This document shows positions 26,901-42,300 of a stretch of DNA of 64,000 nucleotides, in pieces. Source of the stretch: Leptogorgia sarmentosa. Taxonomy: Eukaryota. The notes below the pieces were generated by a model, which made no database searches, was not told where the DNA came from, and was given only the letters and a program-made list of their open reading frames with translations. The first letter of the stretch is position 1. Each line of letters opens with the position of its first letter. The stretch is from NCBI GenBank assembly GCA_964658305.1, contig OZ210886.1:62001-126000 (forward strand), given 5' to 3'. The position numbers were made by a program, and so were the translations under genes.

Positions 26901-28904
26901 GAGTCACTGATCAGACCATTTTCCATTCCAAGTTTCTTAGGTTCACTACAAACTATAAGAAGAAACATTTAGCAGCTTTTTACCACGGATTTTGAAAAAG
27001 TGATTGGTCGTGAGGACAGCGTCATCATGCAAGGAAACGCTTATAGTTGGAGCGATATACATATAACGTTGTACAATCATATCCACTGATTGCTACTTTG
27101 TATGACGAAAATTGAAGTAAAAAAACTATACGACAGAAGTCCTGCCATCGGTACATTGATGCCATTGATATCGACTTGCGAAACATTTTAGATAAACCAA
27201 CCTACACATGGACAGTCATTATAGGAATTTGGATCAATATAAGGCCCCGTCCACACGTATCCGGATACTTTTTTTCCCTCCGTTTTGGCGTTGCGTCCAC
27301 AACGTATCCGGCGTTTTCGGCAACCGAAAACGGAGCTTTTCGAAAACGCTCTCCAGAGTGGAGGCTTTCGAAAACGCAGCTTTTACATTCACGTTTGGCG
27401 GAGAAAGTATCCGGATATCCTTTTCAACAATCATGCAGCGTAGCTCAGCGTCGCCTTGAGTTTAAAAACAATGAAGTATTTACGCACAATTTTTGCAAGA
27501 ACTTCAATGAAAACCTGAAAACCTCCCGTAGCCTATTCCCCACCTCATTGAATGTGAATTTGTATCTTTTTATGCATTGGCCGTCTTGCTGAACTATTAG
27601 ATTACGTAAAGATGAGATGAGTGATTTTTGCACCAAGGCGTTGCATTTCCGCAGCTCGTTTCACTGGGCTAATGATGTTGATAATTGTGCACAGGATTCT
27701 TTACCCAGGTTTGGGATAATTTGGGCTATAGGGGTAAAATTCGACAACGACTGCTAAAATTTAGCGACTACTAAAACGTCGAGATAAAACGATATAGCGA
27801 ATTTTAGCGCGTTTGTATTCATCAGTCAGTGAGTATTTCAAAATCTTCACAGTTCTAATGTTTAAGGTTTGAACTGCTATATCAATGCGTTCATAAAACT
27901 ACCAGGCTAGAAACGACTGCTACAAGGCGAGTCAAAAGCTGGTCAAAATCGTGTATTCTAACACGTCTGGCCGTAAAAAAATTATGCAAGAATTTGTCAC
28001 TTGAAGTATTAGCTATCTAATATTCGCCCTTGTCCAGCCCTGGCAAACATCCTCTGCCACGACATGCTATTCTAGAAGATACTTGCCTTGACCTTTTTCC
28101 GCAATTTGTTCTTTGCATTTTCCATCTTTAAGGTATTTCCACAGGGAATTCATCTCGTAGTTAAATTCGTCTTTGAGGTCACTGATTTCATTCTTGACAT
28201 CAAGCAGAATATCTTTTAACTCTTTAATATCAGATTTCAAACCATATCCCTCTTCGTCGTTAAAAGTTTCTTTTGTCAAAGAATCATCCGTATCATCAAA
28301 CGTGAAGCATTTTACACTGAAAAAAACGTATTAGAGGGTCGTGAAGAGGTAAAAAGGGAACTGGGATTTGCTTATTTTTGGCTGGGAAATTGGGATTTTA
28401 TGCACTGCGACCGGAATTGCAAAAAAAACAATAGAAAATGGAACTGCAAAAAAACAATAGAAAATGGGAATGGGATTAAGATTTGAGCAGGACAGCCGCT
28501 AGGACGATGGGATTTGTGCTCTTGGACAATGGGATTTTTTGAAATTTCGAAATTTGGGCTGGTAAATGGGATTACCCGCAAGTTGCAAACTTCAGACCGT
28601 ATTTTAAAGTAAGTTGTACAAGTTTTCGGCAGTAAAGTAAATTATTCACGCCCAAGTTTTCATTTACAAATCACCCCAACTTTGGGCTACGAACAGTTGA
28701 TCTCCATACAATTTGCCGTTTGCGGTTAACCGTATGTCGTAAACGTCAATCTTAAAAGTACCTAATGATCCGGTAGCACTTTCCAAATTTGGACTATGGA
28801 TTAGTTTATAATCAAAGTGATTGTTAACGGTGTACATGTACTTACCTTGAATATGAATAGAAAGATGCGAAGAAAATGAACAATGCAAACCTTGTTGCGT
28901 TCAT
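23969..28904 (-). CDS. Type B secreted coiled-coil + 3x discoidin protein, copy B2
   Basis: Same 8-exon structure as B1 at an offset of ~7637; variants GSTQF in domain 1 and EKGQ in exon 2. Confidence 0.88.
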
Positions 28905-29933
28905 CTTGCGTCAAAAGAGAACGTTAAGAACTTTTCCGTCGATTGCAGTGCTTGTCCTTTATATGACAGTTTCAACGGAATGAACGGATGTTCGAAGTCT
29001 CGGTCTGTTGCGTCCAAGCACGTTCCTCATGAACGAACATTCAACAGTTGTTCTTTTTGAAGAAAATAATTTCCTTCAGCCCGAAAAAAAGAAGACACAA
29101 GGTCAAAACCATGCATCTGGTCGAAGTGCCAAACTTTTATAACGTATTACCAAGAAATCATTTAGCTTGTAATACAAGCCTTGTATACAATAATTTTTAG
29201 CGAGGTTTGGCCAAATCTTAAAAAGACAAGGACCATGTCAAATTACCTTTCAAAACTGTCAACACAGAAGTTAAGAGTTTTCGACTTCCTGTTGAGAATA
29301 TGAATCTTAATTAGCTACGCCCTTTTTTGTTTTCATTTAAAAATTTGGAAGTATTATAACGTTCTAGCCATAGTTCAATCAAAATCTATTGCAACAAATA
29401 CTTTCAGCATTTTTTTAGTTTGTTTTGACCCTGTCTAATTTATTAAATCAGTTATAAAAATGTTGAGCCATAGCTTTCGCAATTTCCTGTTCAGGTTATT
29501 TTTGGAAAATTTACAACTGATAATATATATAAATGAACCAATTAAATAATTGCAGTAACCACTGAGTATTTTCATGAAATACACAACAACGGTAACTCCG
29601 AATAGAGACATGCAGCATTTTGATTCAACGTTTCGACTTTATTTAGTCATCATGCATCCAACCTTGCATGTCGACATTTCTATGCAGGGAATTGCAGCAC
29701 TTGGAAAAAATCAACCATGCATCTTAGGCTGAGCGTTTATCGACTCTACACAAGCGCCCTCAACCCACGATCTTCGAGGTGAAAGGCCTATTCTCAGCTC
29801 ACCGAGCAACAAATGCCTCATGAATGATCAATAATTGATCGATTGATGTCGTGACACATTTCGTTTCATATAATATACCCATAAGATGCATAACCAATGG
29901 AATTGTTGTCAGTATTGCTCACTCAGTATTACT

Positions 29934-30803
29934 AACACTCTTTGATTCGGGAAAAGTGAGGAAAACTGAAGGAAAACACGAACGGTAATGTGACGTCAAA
30001 TAACGGTCATTTACCCAGGCTGTTTTTATCTTCATGACTGGTAATTTTACTGGCAGGGTTACTTTTTCTGCATGTGTTCTTGAGTGTAATTATTGATCAC
30101 TCTCTGCATTCAAAAATGACGACATTACCAAGAAGCATCGAAGGAAAATAAAGTGGAATTGTGATGGCTCTAGATGACAGAAGTCAAGAATTATTTCTAA
30201 AATATAAATTTAGGCAACCATGCAACTTGCAGATTCTGTCTAACTGTCTAAGACCTTAGTCCAGGCCAACCAGGATCATGTAACCAGGCCTCGCATCCCT
30301 CTTTCAGTGTACACAATACCCGTAAATTTGTGTCAATTATAACTGTAAATATTTTTAATAATATATTACCTTGTCAAACGAAGGTTTAGGGCGCGCTGGT
30401 TTACGATATCGACCTCCACAAATGGTAGAAGACAATAAAAAGGTATTCTGTATATTGCTTCATTGGCTCCTAGCTTCTAATATATCAACCCGGGTAACAG
30501 TTTTGGCTGATATTAGTAACCCTGGGAGTCTGGGACAAAGCCCTGAGCGTCATACCCATTTCATATATCACGTCTGACAGAACTAATGTTGAATATTCTA
30601 TCTTTATATAGGAGTTGAAATCATGGCACGTGCTTTCTGAAAATTTTGTTAAGAATCTAGTGGAAACGTGTATTAGCAACCACGAGAAAACGATGAAATT
30701 AGAAAGTCTGTATCCACAAATAATACAAGAGATGGTACAGCATTATGTTCGACAAATGAGGAACTTTGATAACTTCGTTGAGAAAAGCCTTGAAGATGTT
30801 TGA
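29934..30803 (+). pseudogene. LRRC49: LRRC49 3' fragment with mutated acceptor
   Basis: Truncated first exon; the acceptor of the penultimate exon reads tatat instead of tatag (~30362-30366). Confidence 0.85.
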
Positions 30804-31665
30804 TGTTCACTCGATTAAGATCACGTGTACTTCATCGTGAATAATAAGTGGAACATGCGCAGTAAGTGAGGCTGTGTTTCACAAGCCGGCCTAACTTTTT
30901 GCGATTTTCCCCTGTAACCGGATTCATGATGGTCAACTGTAATGTTTCCACGAAATAAAGTTGGATTTTTGGAAGATGTTAAAGGTTATTTTTATAAAGA
31001 GTGAATTGCTGTCTTTTACGTCTCCATGCAATCAAAGAAAGTAATTTATGCTGCAGTACTGTAATTAGACGGTTGAAACACGTGCAATGATAGTAATTAT
31101 ATGATGAGTAATTAGTAAGTAAATGACAAAGTACATCGTTTGAGCTATGAATTACAAAATAGAAAAGTATTTAAAAAAAAGTGCAAAAGTTCTTTATCGG
31201 TATTAACCGACCTGACTAATTTATCAAAAAACGTTCATATCTGAGCAGTGCAATTACCTAGAAATTGAATAAAAAAGGAAAGTTTTAATGAAAGGTAAAA
31301 CAAACTATATAGGTATTTTTAACACTAGTCACAACTGTTTCAATTCAAACAAACGTCAAGAGTGTACGTAATCCTGATAGCTACGCAAAGGTGGCTTGGA
31401 TGTTTTAATTGTTTACCATTCGGACATTCAATTACGTGGTAACAATCTTATGCTTCATGCTTATTAACATTTCATCATGCACGTGATTTCCATCTTAGTT
31501 CTGACTATCATGCAATCTAACTTCATGTTAACCTGAAAAATTGCATGTTGAATACTGCATATTGAAAAACTGCAATGTTATATCACTAAGCCTAAGGATA
31601 CATGGATTATGTAAAAAAAAACTATTTCTGCATGATAACTTACTTGAGATTGTTGTCAATAGTGC

Positions 31666-34600
31666 TCAACATCCATAAAATTCAACACGAAGGGAGATGT
31701 GTCCATTCCAGGATTTCGGTTCAATCCTTACATATCGAGCAACGATGGGGGGTGAAATAACATTGTGAACTACAGAATGCTTATCTCCGTTGCCATTGAA
31801 TACCTAAAATAATTAGGTTATAACAGTGATTTAAAAATACTACAGGGGTCTGGGGGCCCTCAAAGTCGAGCGAGAAATTCTCTAATGTACCTACCTTAGC
31901 TTGGCCATCGTGTTTATACAGGAAAAATGTTGCCCCATTAATGCTGTAATGCAATGTGTAGGTTTTTACCCACTGTGAACAGCAATCTTCCCTTCCCTGG
32001 GTACTGATGCCAACCACAACAGTTTGACGTTTGAAATCAACCAGTAACCATTGGTTGAGATTGTTTGATTTTGAAGACCAAGCTCCTGTTCTGCCACTGT
32101 GTGCGATAAAAAACAATCTGGCGTTGTTTGGACCATGGTTGGTTGAGTATTCCGATGACGCTGTGATTTGGGAGTTCAGGATTTTTCCACTGCGCATTCC
32201 CAAGTCCTTTGTGCCTTCACAATCTTTTGAAGAAAAGTATTTTTTGACGGAAATAGAGTGATAGTGATGGAGTTCACAATATCCTGTGCATGTATAGACA
32301 TACAGATACAGTTGATAATTTAAATATAAAAGGCTTTAATTTAGCAATCTTATACGATTTTCAAAATAGGCATTGACTCGGACGAATTAACGCAAACGTT
32401 TATGTATATTAAAATGATTTTTGATCAGAAAGATGACCACCGAAACTGTATACATATTAATTTGTGATCCCATGTAGAACATCATATTAGGTTAACTTTA
32501 TAGTACCTTTATAACATCCAAAAAGTTCCATTCTCAAGGAAATGTGTCCGTTCCAAGACTTTGGTTGGATGCGAATGTATCGAGCCAGGATTGGTGAAGA
32601 GAAATCATGATGTACTGTTGAAAATTTGTCTGTATTACCACTGAAAATCTAGAAATATCCATACATGTATTTTTAGCTGTTCATTGCAACAAGCCTGGAA
32701 CAAGCTGTCATTAAGTCGTAATAAGACGATGGGACTCACTATCCATGACTAATTACAAGAACGTTGTTCTAATATTGAATGTCGAACAAGAAAACTTTGC
32801 GCGGCATGATATTTAACAGAAAACATCCATTTATTTTTTATTTATTTAGTTTTTCCTTACCTTAATTTGATTAAGTTCTTTGTATGGTCGAAACTTCACT
32901 CCATCATTACTGTATGAAACAATGTATGTTTTGACAAACTGATTGCAACAATCTTCACGACCTTGTGTGCTTATACCAGTGATCACTGTTTGTTGTTCAA
33001 GATCAACTTGCAACCATTGGTTTACATCATTGACTTTTGCCGACCATGCTCCAGTTCTTCCATTGTGTGCTTTAAAGTTCAGACGTCCATTTTGTGCACG
33101 ATGTCCTGAATCATATTCAGATGATGCGCTAATCTGACCGTCGCGAATTCTTCCTTTTTCTAATCCAAGCTTTCCAGGTTCATTGCAATCTGTAAATGAG
33201 ATATACTCTATTTAGATGCAATTGCAATAATGTACAATTAATGATATGATTTGGAATACCGTAAATGTTCGTTGTAGCGCTGCTCCCGGTTTAGCGCCGC
33301 ACTCACAATGAGTAAAAGATTTAATATAATAACCACTGGGGCGCGCAAAAGCGAGCATTTACGGTAGTAGGTACCAAATTCCTTCACTGAGAAATCCAAA
33401 GGTTCACCACTGTATAGTATATATGTGATAATAAGGAATTACGGAAATAGACGTTCCAAGTGAATTCCTTATACGAAATTGGATAAATAACGATGCCAAG
33501 GTAAATTTTCGACATCAAATATTTTGCTACATGGATGCAGTCTTTTTTTATTATATCAGATTTATTAATTTTATTGTCGTATTTCAATTATTTTTCAATT
33601 GGCCAACAATGTCTGGTCTTTCTTACTAGGTGATGTTTATTTTTCTATTGTGCATGACAACTAACTTTTAAACCAGTAAATACATTCAGCTCAGTGCGCA
33701 CGAGTAGAGTTAACGTTATTTGTGGAGGGTTCATCCAGATTGGTCGCACGAGCGGGTGGATTTTGTAATGTCTTGCCCGCCAACCAATCGAGACGTGAAA
33801 ACGCGCGGACAAACCTCCTCCCATCCAGTAAATAACATAAATCTTTACCTATATAGCATCCGTGGAATTCCACCCTCATGGAAATGTGACTATGCCAGGT
33901 TTTAGGATGAACACGAATATATCTGGTAGTAATTGCTGTAGGTAGGCTGTGGTAAACAACTGAATCTCCATCGCTATTGCCATCAAATACCTGTATTTCA
34001 AAAATACAAGAAACCCAGCTAGGTAAAAGAATAGGCACTGGGAGGATTGAGTCTTGGCTGTAAAAATTCCTACATCGATTGATGATCCAGTTTTTTTCCT
34101 CCGTCTCCCAATTAATTTTCATCCAGTCCTATAGGAGTACTGGATTCATTTTGATCCGGTCATAGGACTATTAAATTAATTTTGTCCAGTCTTAAGACTT
34201 CTAATCCAGTCGTATTAGGTTAATCGTATTATGTAATGAATTTAATAAACTCGACTTAATTTGTGGAGTTCGTTGAAACAAATTTACACCGCATAAATTT
34301 GATGATTTGTAAATCATATATACCTTGAGAACACGATGAGGTTTATAGGCTTGGAATGACAGTCCATCTTGGCTGTAAGACAGTGTGTAACTCTTAACAA
34401 ACTGAGTAGTTCCTGCTCTTCCCTGGGTACTGATTCCAACTATGGCTGTTGGTCGCTTAAAATCAATCTGTAACCATTGATTGATGTCATTTGTTTTGGA
34501 CGACCAAGCTCCTGTTCTACCATTATGTGGTGTATAAAACAGTCTACTATTGCTGGAGCTGTGGTTTGGACTATATTCACTTGATGCTGAGATTTGTGAG

Positions 34601-36611
34601 TCACTGATCAGACCATTTTCCATTCCAAGTTTCTTAGGTTCACTACAAACTATAAGAAGAAACATTTAGCAGCTTTTTACCACGGATTTTGAAAAAGTGA
34701 TTGGTCGTGAGGACAGCGTCATCATGCAAGGAAACGCTTATAGTTGGAGCGATATACATATAACGTTGTACAATCATATCCACTGATTGCTACTTTGTAT
34801 GACGAAAATTGAAGTAAAAAAACTATACGACAGAAGTCCTGCCATCGGTACATTGATGCCATTGATATCGACTTGCGAAACATTTTAGATAAACCAACCT
34901 ACACATGGACAGTCATTATAGGAATTTGGATCAATATAAGGCCCCGTCCACACGTATCCGGATACTTTTTTTCCCTCCGTTTTGGCGTTGCGTCCACAAC
35001 GTATCCGGCGTTTTCGGCAACCGAAAACGGAGCTTTTCGAAAACGCTCTCCAGAGTGGAGGCTTTCGAAAACGCAGCTTTTACATTCACGTTTGGCGGAG
35101 AAAGTATCCGGATATCCTTTTCAACAATCATGCAGCGTAGCTCAGCGTAGCTCAGCGTCGCCTTGAGTTTAAAAACAATGAAGTATTTACGCACAATTTT
35201 TGCAAGAACTTTAATGAAAACCTGAAAACCTCCCGTAGCCTATTCCCCACCTCATTGAATGTGAATTTGTATCTTTTTATGCATTGGCCGTCTTGCTGAA
35301 CTATTAGATTACGTAAAGATGAGATGAGTGATTTTTGCACCAAGGCGTTGCATTTCCGCAGCTCGTTTCACTGGGCTAATGATGTTGATAATTGTGCACA
35401 GGATTCTTTACCCAGGTTTGGGATAATTTGGGCTATAGGGGTAAAATTCGACAACGACTGCTAAAATTTAGCGACTACTAAAACGTCGAGATAAAACGAT
35501 ATAGCGAATTTTAGCGCGTTTGTATTCATCAGTCAGTGAGTATTTCAAAATCTTCACAGTTCTAATGTTTAAGGTTTGAACTGCTATATCAATGCGTTCA
35601 TAAAACTACCAGGCTAGAAACGACTGCTACAAGGCGAGTCAAAAGCTGGTCAAAATCATGTATTCTAACACGTCTGGCCGTAAAAAAATTATGCAAGAAT
35701 TTGTCACTTGAAGTATTAGCTATCTAATATTCGCCCTTGTCCAGCCCTGGCAAACATCCTCTGCCACGACATGCTATTCTAGAAGATACTTGCCTTGACC
35801 TTTTTCCGCAATTTGTTCTTTGCATTTTCCATCTTTAAGGTATTTCCACAGGGAATTCATCTCGTAGTTAAATTCGTCTTTGAGGTCACTGATTTCATTC
35901 TTGACATCAAGCAGAATATCTTTTAACTCTTTAATATCAGATTTCAAACCATATCCCTCTTCGTCGTTAAAAGTTTCTTTTGTCAAAGAATCATCCGTAT
36001 CATCAAACGTGAAGCATTTTACACTGAAAAAAACGTATTAGAGGGTCGTGAAGAGGTAAAAAGGGAACTGGGATTTCCTTATTTTTGGCTGGGAAATTGG
36101 GATTTTATGCACTGCGACCGGAATTGCAAAAAAACAATAGAAAACGGAACTGCAAAAAAACAATAGAAAATGGGAATGGGATTAAGATTTGAGCAGGACA
36201 GCCGCTAGGACGATGGGATTTGTGCTCTTGGACAATGGGATTTTTTGAAATTTCGAAATTTGGGCTGGTAAATGGGATTACCCGCAAGTTGCAAACTTCA
36301 GACCGTATTTTAAAGTAAGTTGTACAAGTTTTCGGCAGTAAAGTAAATTATTCACGCCCAAGTTTTCATTTACAAATCACCCCAACTTTGGGCTACGAAC
36401 AGTTGATCTCCATACAATTTGCCGTTTGCGGTTAACCGTATGTCGTAAACGTCAATCTTAAAAGTACCTAATGATCTGGTAGCACTGTCCAAATTTGGAC
36501 TATGGATTAGGTTTATAATCAAAGTGATTGTTAACGGTGTACATGTACTTACCTTGAATATGAATAGAAAGATGCGAAGAAAATGAACAATGCAAACCTT
36601 GTTGCGTTCAT
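31666..36611 (-). CDS. Type B secreted coiled-coil + 3x discoidin protein, copy B3
   Basis: Same 8-exon structure; V>A variant (INGATFF) in domain 3. Confidence 0.88.
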
Positions 36612-37645
36612 CTTGCGTCAAAAGAGAACGTTAAGAACTTTTCCGTCGATTGCAGTGCTTGTCCTTTATATGACAGTTTCAACGGAATGAACGGATGTTC
36701 GAAGTCTCGGTCTGTTGCGTCCAAGCACGTTCCTCATGAACGAACATTCAACAGTTGTTCTTTTTGAAGAAAATAATTTCCTTCAGCTCGAAAAAAAGAA
36801 GACACAAGGTCAAAACCATGCATCTGGTCGAAGTGCCAAACTTTTATAACGTATTACCAAGAAATCATTTAGCTTGTAATACAAATCTTGTATACAATAA
36901 TTTTTAGCGAGGTTTGGCCAAATCTTAAAAAGACAAGGACCATGTCAAATTACCTTTCAAAACTGTCAACACAGAAGTTAAGAGTTTTCGACTTCCTGTT
37001 GAGAATATGAATCTTAATTAGCTACGCCCTTTTTTGTTTTCATTTAAAAATTTGGAAGTATTATAACGTTCTAGCCATAGTTCAATCGAAATCTATTGCA
37101 ATAAATACTTTCAGCATTTTTTTTAGTTTGTTTTGACCCTGTTTAATTTATTAAATCAGTTATAAAATTGTCGAGCCATAGCTTTCGCAATTTCCTGTTC
37201 AGGTTATTTTTGGAAAATTTACAACTGATAATATATATAAATGAACCAATTAAATAATTGCAGTAACCACTGAGTATTTTCATGAAATACACAACAACGG
37301 TAACTCCGAATAGAGACATGCAGCATTTTGATTCAACGTTTCGACTTTATTTAGTCATCATGCATCCAACCTTGCATGTCGACATTTCTATGCAGGGAAT
37401 TGCAGCACTTGGAAAAAATCAACCATGCATCTTAGGCTGAGCGTTTATCGACTCTCTACACAAGCGCCCTCAACCCACGATCTTCGATAGGTGAAAGGCC
37501 TATTCTCAGCTCACCGAGCAACAAATGCCTCATGAATGATCAATAATTGATCGATTGATGTCGTGACACATTTCGTTTCATATAATATACCCATAAGATG
37601 CATAACCAATGGAATTGTTGTCAGTATTGCTCACTCAGTATTACT

Positions 37646-38515
37646 AACACTCTTTGATTCGGGAAAAGTGAGGAAAACTGAAGGAAAACACGAACGGTAA
37701 TGTGACGTCAAATAACGGTCATTTACCCAGGCTGTTTTTATCTTCATGACTGGTAATTTTACTGGCAGGGTTACTTTTTCTGCATGTGTTCTTGAGTGTA
37801 ATTATTGATCACTCTCTGCATTCAAAAATGACGACATTACCAAGAAGCATCGAAGGAAAATAAAGTGGAATTGTGATGGCTCTAGATGACAGAAGTCAAG
37901 AATTATTTCTAAAATATAAATTTAGGCAACCATGCAACTTGCAGATTCTGTCTAACTGTCAAAGACCTTAGTCCAGGCCAACCAGGATCATGTAACCAGG
38001 CCTCGCATCCCTCTTTCAGTGTACACAATACCCGTAAATTTGTGTCAATTATAACTGTAAATATTTTTAATAATATATTACCTTGTCAAACGAAGGTTTA
38101 GGGCGCGCTGGTTTACGATATCGACCTCCACAAATGGTAGAAGACAATAAAAAGGTATTCTGTATATTGCTTCATTGGCTCCTAGCTTCTAATATATCAA
38201 CCCGGGTAACAGTTTTGGCTGATATTAGTAACCCTGGGAGTCTGGGACAAAGCCCTGAGCGTCATACCCATTTCATATATCACGTCTGACAGAACTAATG
38301 TTGAATATTCTATCTTTATATAGGAGTTGAAATCATGGCACGTGCTTTCTGAAAATTTTGTTAAGAATCTAGTGGAAACGTGTATTAGCAACCACGAGAA
38401 AACGATGAAATTAGAAAGTCTGTATCCACAAATAATACAAGAGATGGTACAGCATCATGTTCGACAAATGAGGAACTTTGATAACTTCGTTGAGAAAAGC
38501 CTTGAAGATGTTTGA
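37646..38515 (+). pseudogene. LRRC49: LRRC49 3' fragment with mutated acceptor
   Basis: Same truncation and AG>AT acceptor change as at ~30365, plus a Y>H substitution in the last exon. Confidence 0.85.
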
Positions 38516-39366
38516 TGTTCACTCGATTAAGATCACGTGTACTTCATCGTGAATAATAAGTGGAACATGCGCAGTAAGTGAGGCTGTGTTTCACAAGCCG
38601 GCCTAACTTTTTGCGATTTTCCCCTGTAACTTACTGGATTCATGATGGTCAACTATAATGTTTCCACGAAATAAAGTTGGATTTTTGGAAGATGTTAAAG
38701 GTTATTTTTATAAATAGTGAATTGCTGTCTTTTACGTCTCCATGCAATCAAAGAAAGTAATTTATGCTGCAGTACTGTAATTAGACGGTTGAAACACGTG
38801 CAATGATAGTAATTATATGATGAGTAATTAGTAAGTAAATGACAAAGTACATCGTTTGAGCTATGAATTACAAAATAGAAAAGTATTTAAAAAAAAGTGC
38901 AAAAGTTCTTTATCGGTATTAACCGACCTGACTAATTTATCAAAAAACGTTCAATTACCTAGAAATTGAATGAAAAAGGAAAGTTTTAATGAAAGGTAAA
39001 ACAAACTATATAGGTATTTTTAACACTAGTCACAACTGTTTCAATTCAAACAAACGTCAAGAGTGTACGTAATCCTGATAGCTACGCAAAGGTGGCTTGG
39101 ATGTTTTAATTGTTTACCATTCGGACATTCAATTACGTGGTAACAATCTTATGCTTCATGCTTATTAACATTTCATCATGCACGTGATTTCCATCTTAGT
39201 TCTGACTATCATGCAATCTAACTTCATGTTAACCTGAAAAACTGCATGTTGAATACTGCATATTGAAAAACTGCAATGTTATATCACTAAGCCTAAGGAT
39301 ACATGGATTATGTAAAAAAAAACTATTTCTGCATGATAACTTACTTGAGATTGTTGTCAATAGTGC

Positions 39367-42300
39367 TCAACATCCATAAAATTCAACACGAAGGGAGATG
39401 TGTCCATTCCAGGATTTCGGTTCAATCCTTACATATCGAGCAACGATGGGGGGTGAAATAACATTGTGAACTACAGAATGCTTATCTCCGTTGCCATTGA
39501 ATACCTAAAATAATTAGGTTATAACAGTGATTTAAAAATACTACAGGGGTCTGGGGGCCCTCAAAGTCGAGCGAGAAATTCTCTAATGTACCTACCTTAG
39601 CTTGGCCATCGTGTTTATACAGGAAAAATGTTACCCCATTAATGCTGTAATGCAATGTGTAGGTTTTTACCCACTGTGAACAGCAATCTTCCCTTCCCTG
39701 AGTACTGATGCCAACCACAACAGTTTGACGTTTGAAATCAACCTTTAACCATTGGTTGAGATCATTTGATTTTGAAGACCAAGCTCCTGTTCTGCCACTG
39801 TGTGCGATAAAAAACAATCTAGCGTTGTTTGGACCATGGTTGGAATTCCATTCCGATGACGCTGTGATTTGGGAGTTCAGGATTTTTCCACTGCGCATTC
39901 CCAAGTCCTTTGTGCCTTCACAATCTTTTGAAGAAAAGTATTTTTTGACGGAAATAGAGTGATAGTGATGGAGTTCACAATATCCTGTGCATGCATAGAC
40001 ATACAGATACAGTTGATAATTTAAATATAAAAGGCTTTCATTTAGCAATCTTATACGATTTTCAAAATGGGCATTGACTCGGACGAATTAACGCAAACGT
40101 TTATGTATATTAAAATGATTTTTGATCAGAAAGATGACCACCGAAACTGTATACATATTAATTTGTGATCCCATGTAGAACATCATATTAGGTTAACTTT
40201 ATAGTACCTTTATAACATCCAAAAAGTTCCATTCTCAAGGAAATGTGTTCGTTCCAAGACTTTGCTTGGATGCGAATGTATCGAGCCAGGATTGGTGAAG
40301 AGAAATCATGATGTACTGTTGAAAATTTGTCTGTATTACCACTGAAAATCTAGAAATATCCATACATGTATTTTTAGTTGTTCATTGCAACAAGCCTGGA
40401 ACAAGCTGTCATTAAGTCGTAATAAGATCGATGGGACTGACTATCCATGACTAATTACAAGAACGTTGTTCTAACATTGAATGTCGAACAAGAAAACTTT
40501 GCGTGGCATGATATTTAACAGAAAACATCCATTTATTTTTTATTTATTTAGTTTTTCCTTACCTTAATTTGATTAAGTTCTTTGTATGGTCGAAACTTCA
40601 CTCCATCATTACTGTATGAAACAATGTATGTTTTGACAAACTGATTGCAACAATCTTCACGACCTTGTGTGCTTATACCAGTGATCACTGTTTGTTGTTC
40701 AAGATCAACTTGCAACCATTGGTTTACATCATTGACTTTTGCCGACCACGCTCCAGCCCTTCCATTGTGTGCTTTAAAGTTCAGACGTCCATTTTGTGCA
40801 CGATGTCTTGAATTATATTCAGATGATGCGCTAATTTGACCGTCGCGAATTCTTCCTTTTTCTAACCCAAGCTTGCCGGGTTCATTGCAATCTGTAAACG
40901 AGATATACTCTATTTAGATGCAATTACAATAATGTACAATTATAATGATATGATTTGGAATACCGTAAATGTTCGTTGTAGCGCTGCCCCCGGTAAAGCG
41001 CCGCGCTCAGAATGAGTAAATTTAATAAGCACCGCGGCGCGCAGAAGCGAACATTTGCGGCAGTATGTACTACCAAATTCTTTAAAGAAATCCAAAGGTT
41101 CACCACTGTATAAAGTATATGTGTGATAATAAGCAATTACGGAAATAGAGGTACCAAGTGAATTCCTTATACGAAATTGGATAAATAACGATCGATCCCA
41201 AGGTAACTGATTTTTGACATCAAATATTTTGCTACATGGATGCAGTCTTTTTTATTACACATTTATTAATTTTATTGTCGTTTTTCAATTATTTTTCAAT
41301 CAGCCAACAATGTCTGGTCTTTTTTACCTTGTGATGTTTATTTTTCTGTTGTGCATGACAACTAAGCTTTACTATAAATACATTCAGTTCAGTGTGCGCG
41401 ACTATTGGTCGTACGAGCGGGTGGCTTTTGTAATGTCATGCCCGCCAACCAATCGAGAAATGAAAACGCGCGGACAAACCTCCTCCCATCCAGTAAATAA
41501 CATAAATCTTTACCTATATTGCATCCGTGGAATTCCACCCTCATGGAAATGTGACCATGCCAGGTTTTAGGATGAACACGAATATATCTGGTGATAATTG
41601 CTGTAGGTAGACTCTGGTAAACAACTGAATCTCTATCGGTATTACCTTCAAATACCTGTGACGAAAAAAGTTGGAATTTTTTCAAAAATACAAAAAACCC
41701 AGCTAGGTAAAAGAATAGGGACTGGGAGGATGGAGACTTGGCTGTAAAATTTCCTACATAGATAGATGATCCAGTTTTTTTTCTTCGTCTTCGAAATAAT
41801 TTTCGTCCAGTCCTGTACTGGATTACTGTATTCATTTTCATCCGGTGATTCCGGTCATAGGACTATTAAATTAATATTTTCCATTCTTGAATTAATCCAG
41901 TCGTATTAGGTTAGTCGTATTATGTAATTAACTTAATAAACTCGATTTTGTTGAGGTTTTTGAAACAAATTTACACCGCATAAATTTGATGATTTGTAAA
42001 TCATACATACCTTGAGAACACCATGAGGTTTATAGGCTTGGAATGACAGTCCATCTTGGCTGTAAGACAGTGTGTAACTCTTAACAAACTGAGTACTTCC
42101 TGCTCTTCCCTGGGTACTGATTCCAACTATGGCTGTTGTTCGCTTAAAATCAATCTGTAACCATTGATTGATGTCATTTGTTTTGGACGACCAAGCTCCT
42201 GTTCTACCATTATGTGGTGTATAAAACAGTCTACTATTGCTGGAGCTGTGGTTCGGATCCCATTCACTTGATGCTGAGATTTGTGAGTCACTGATCAGAC

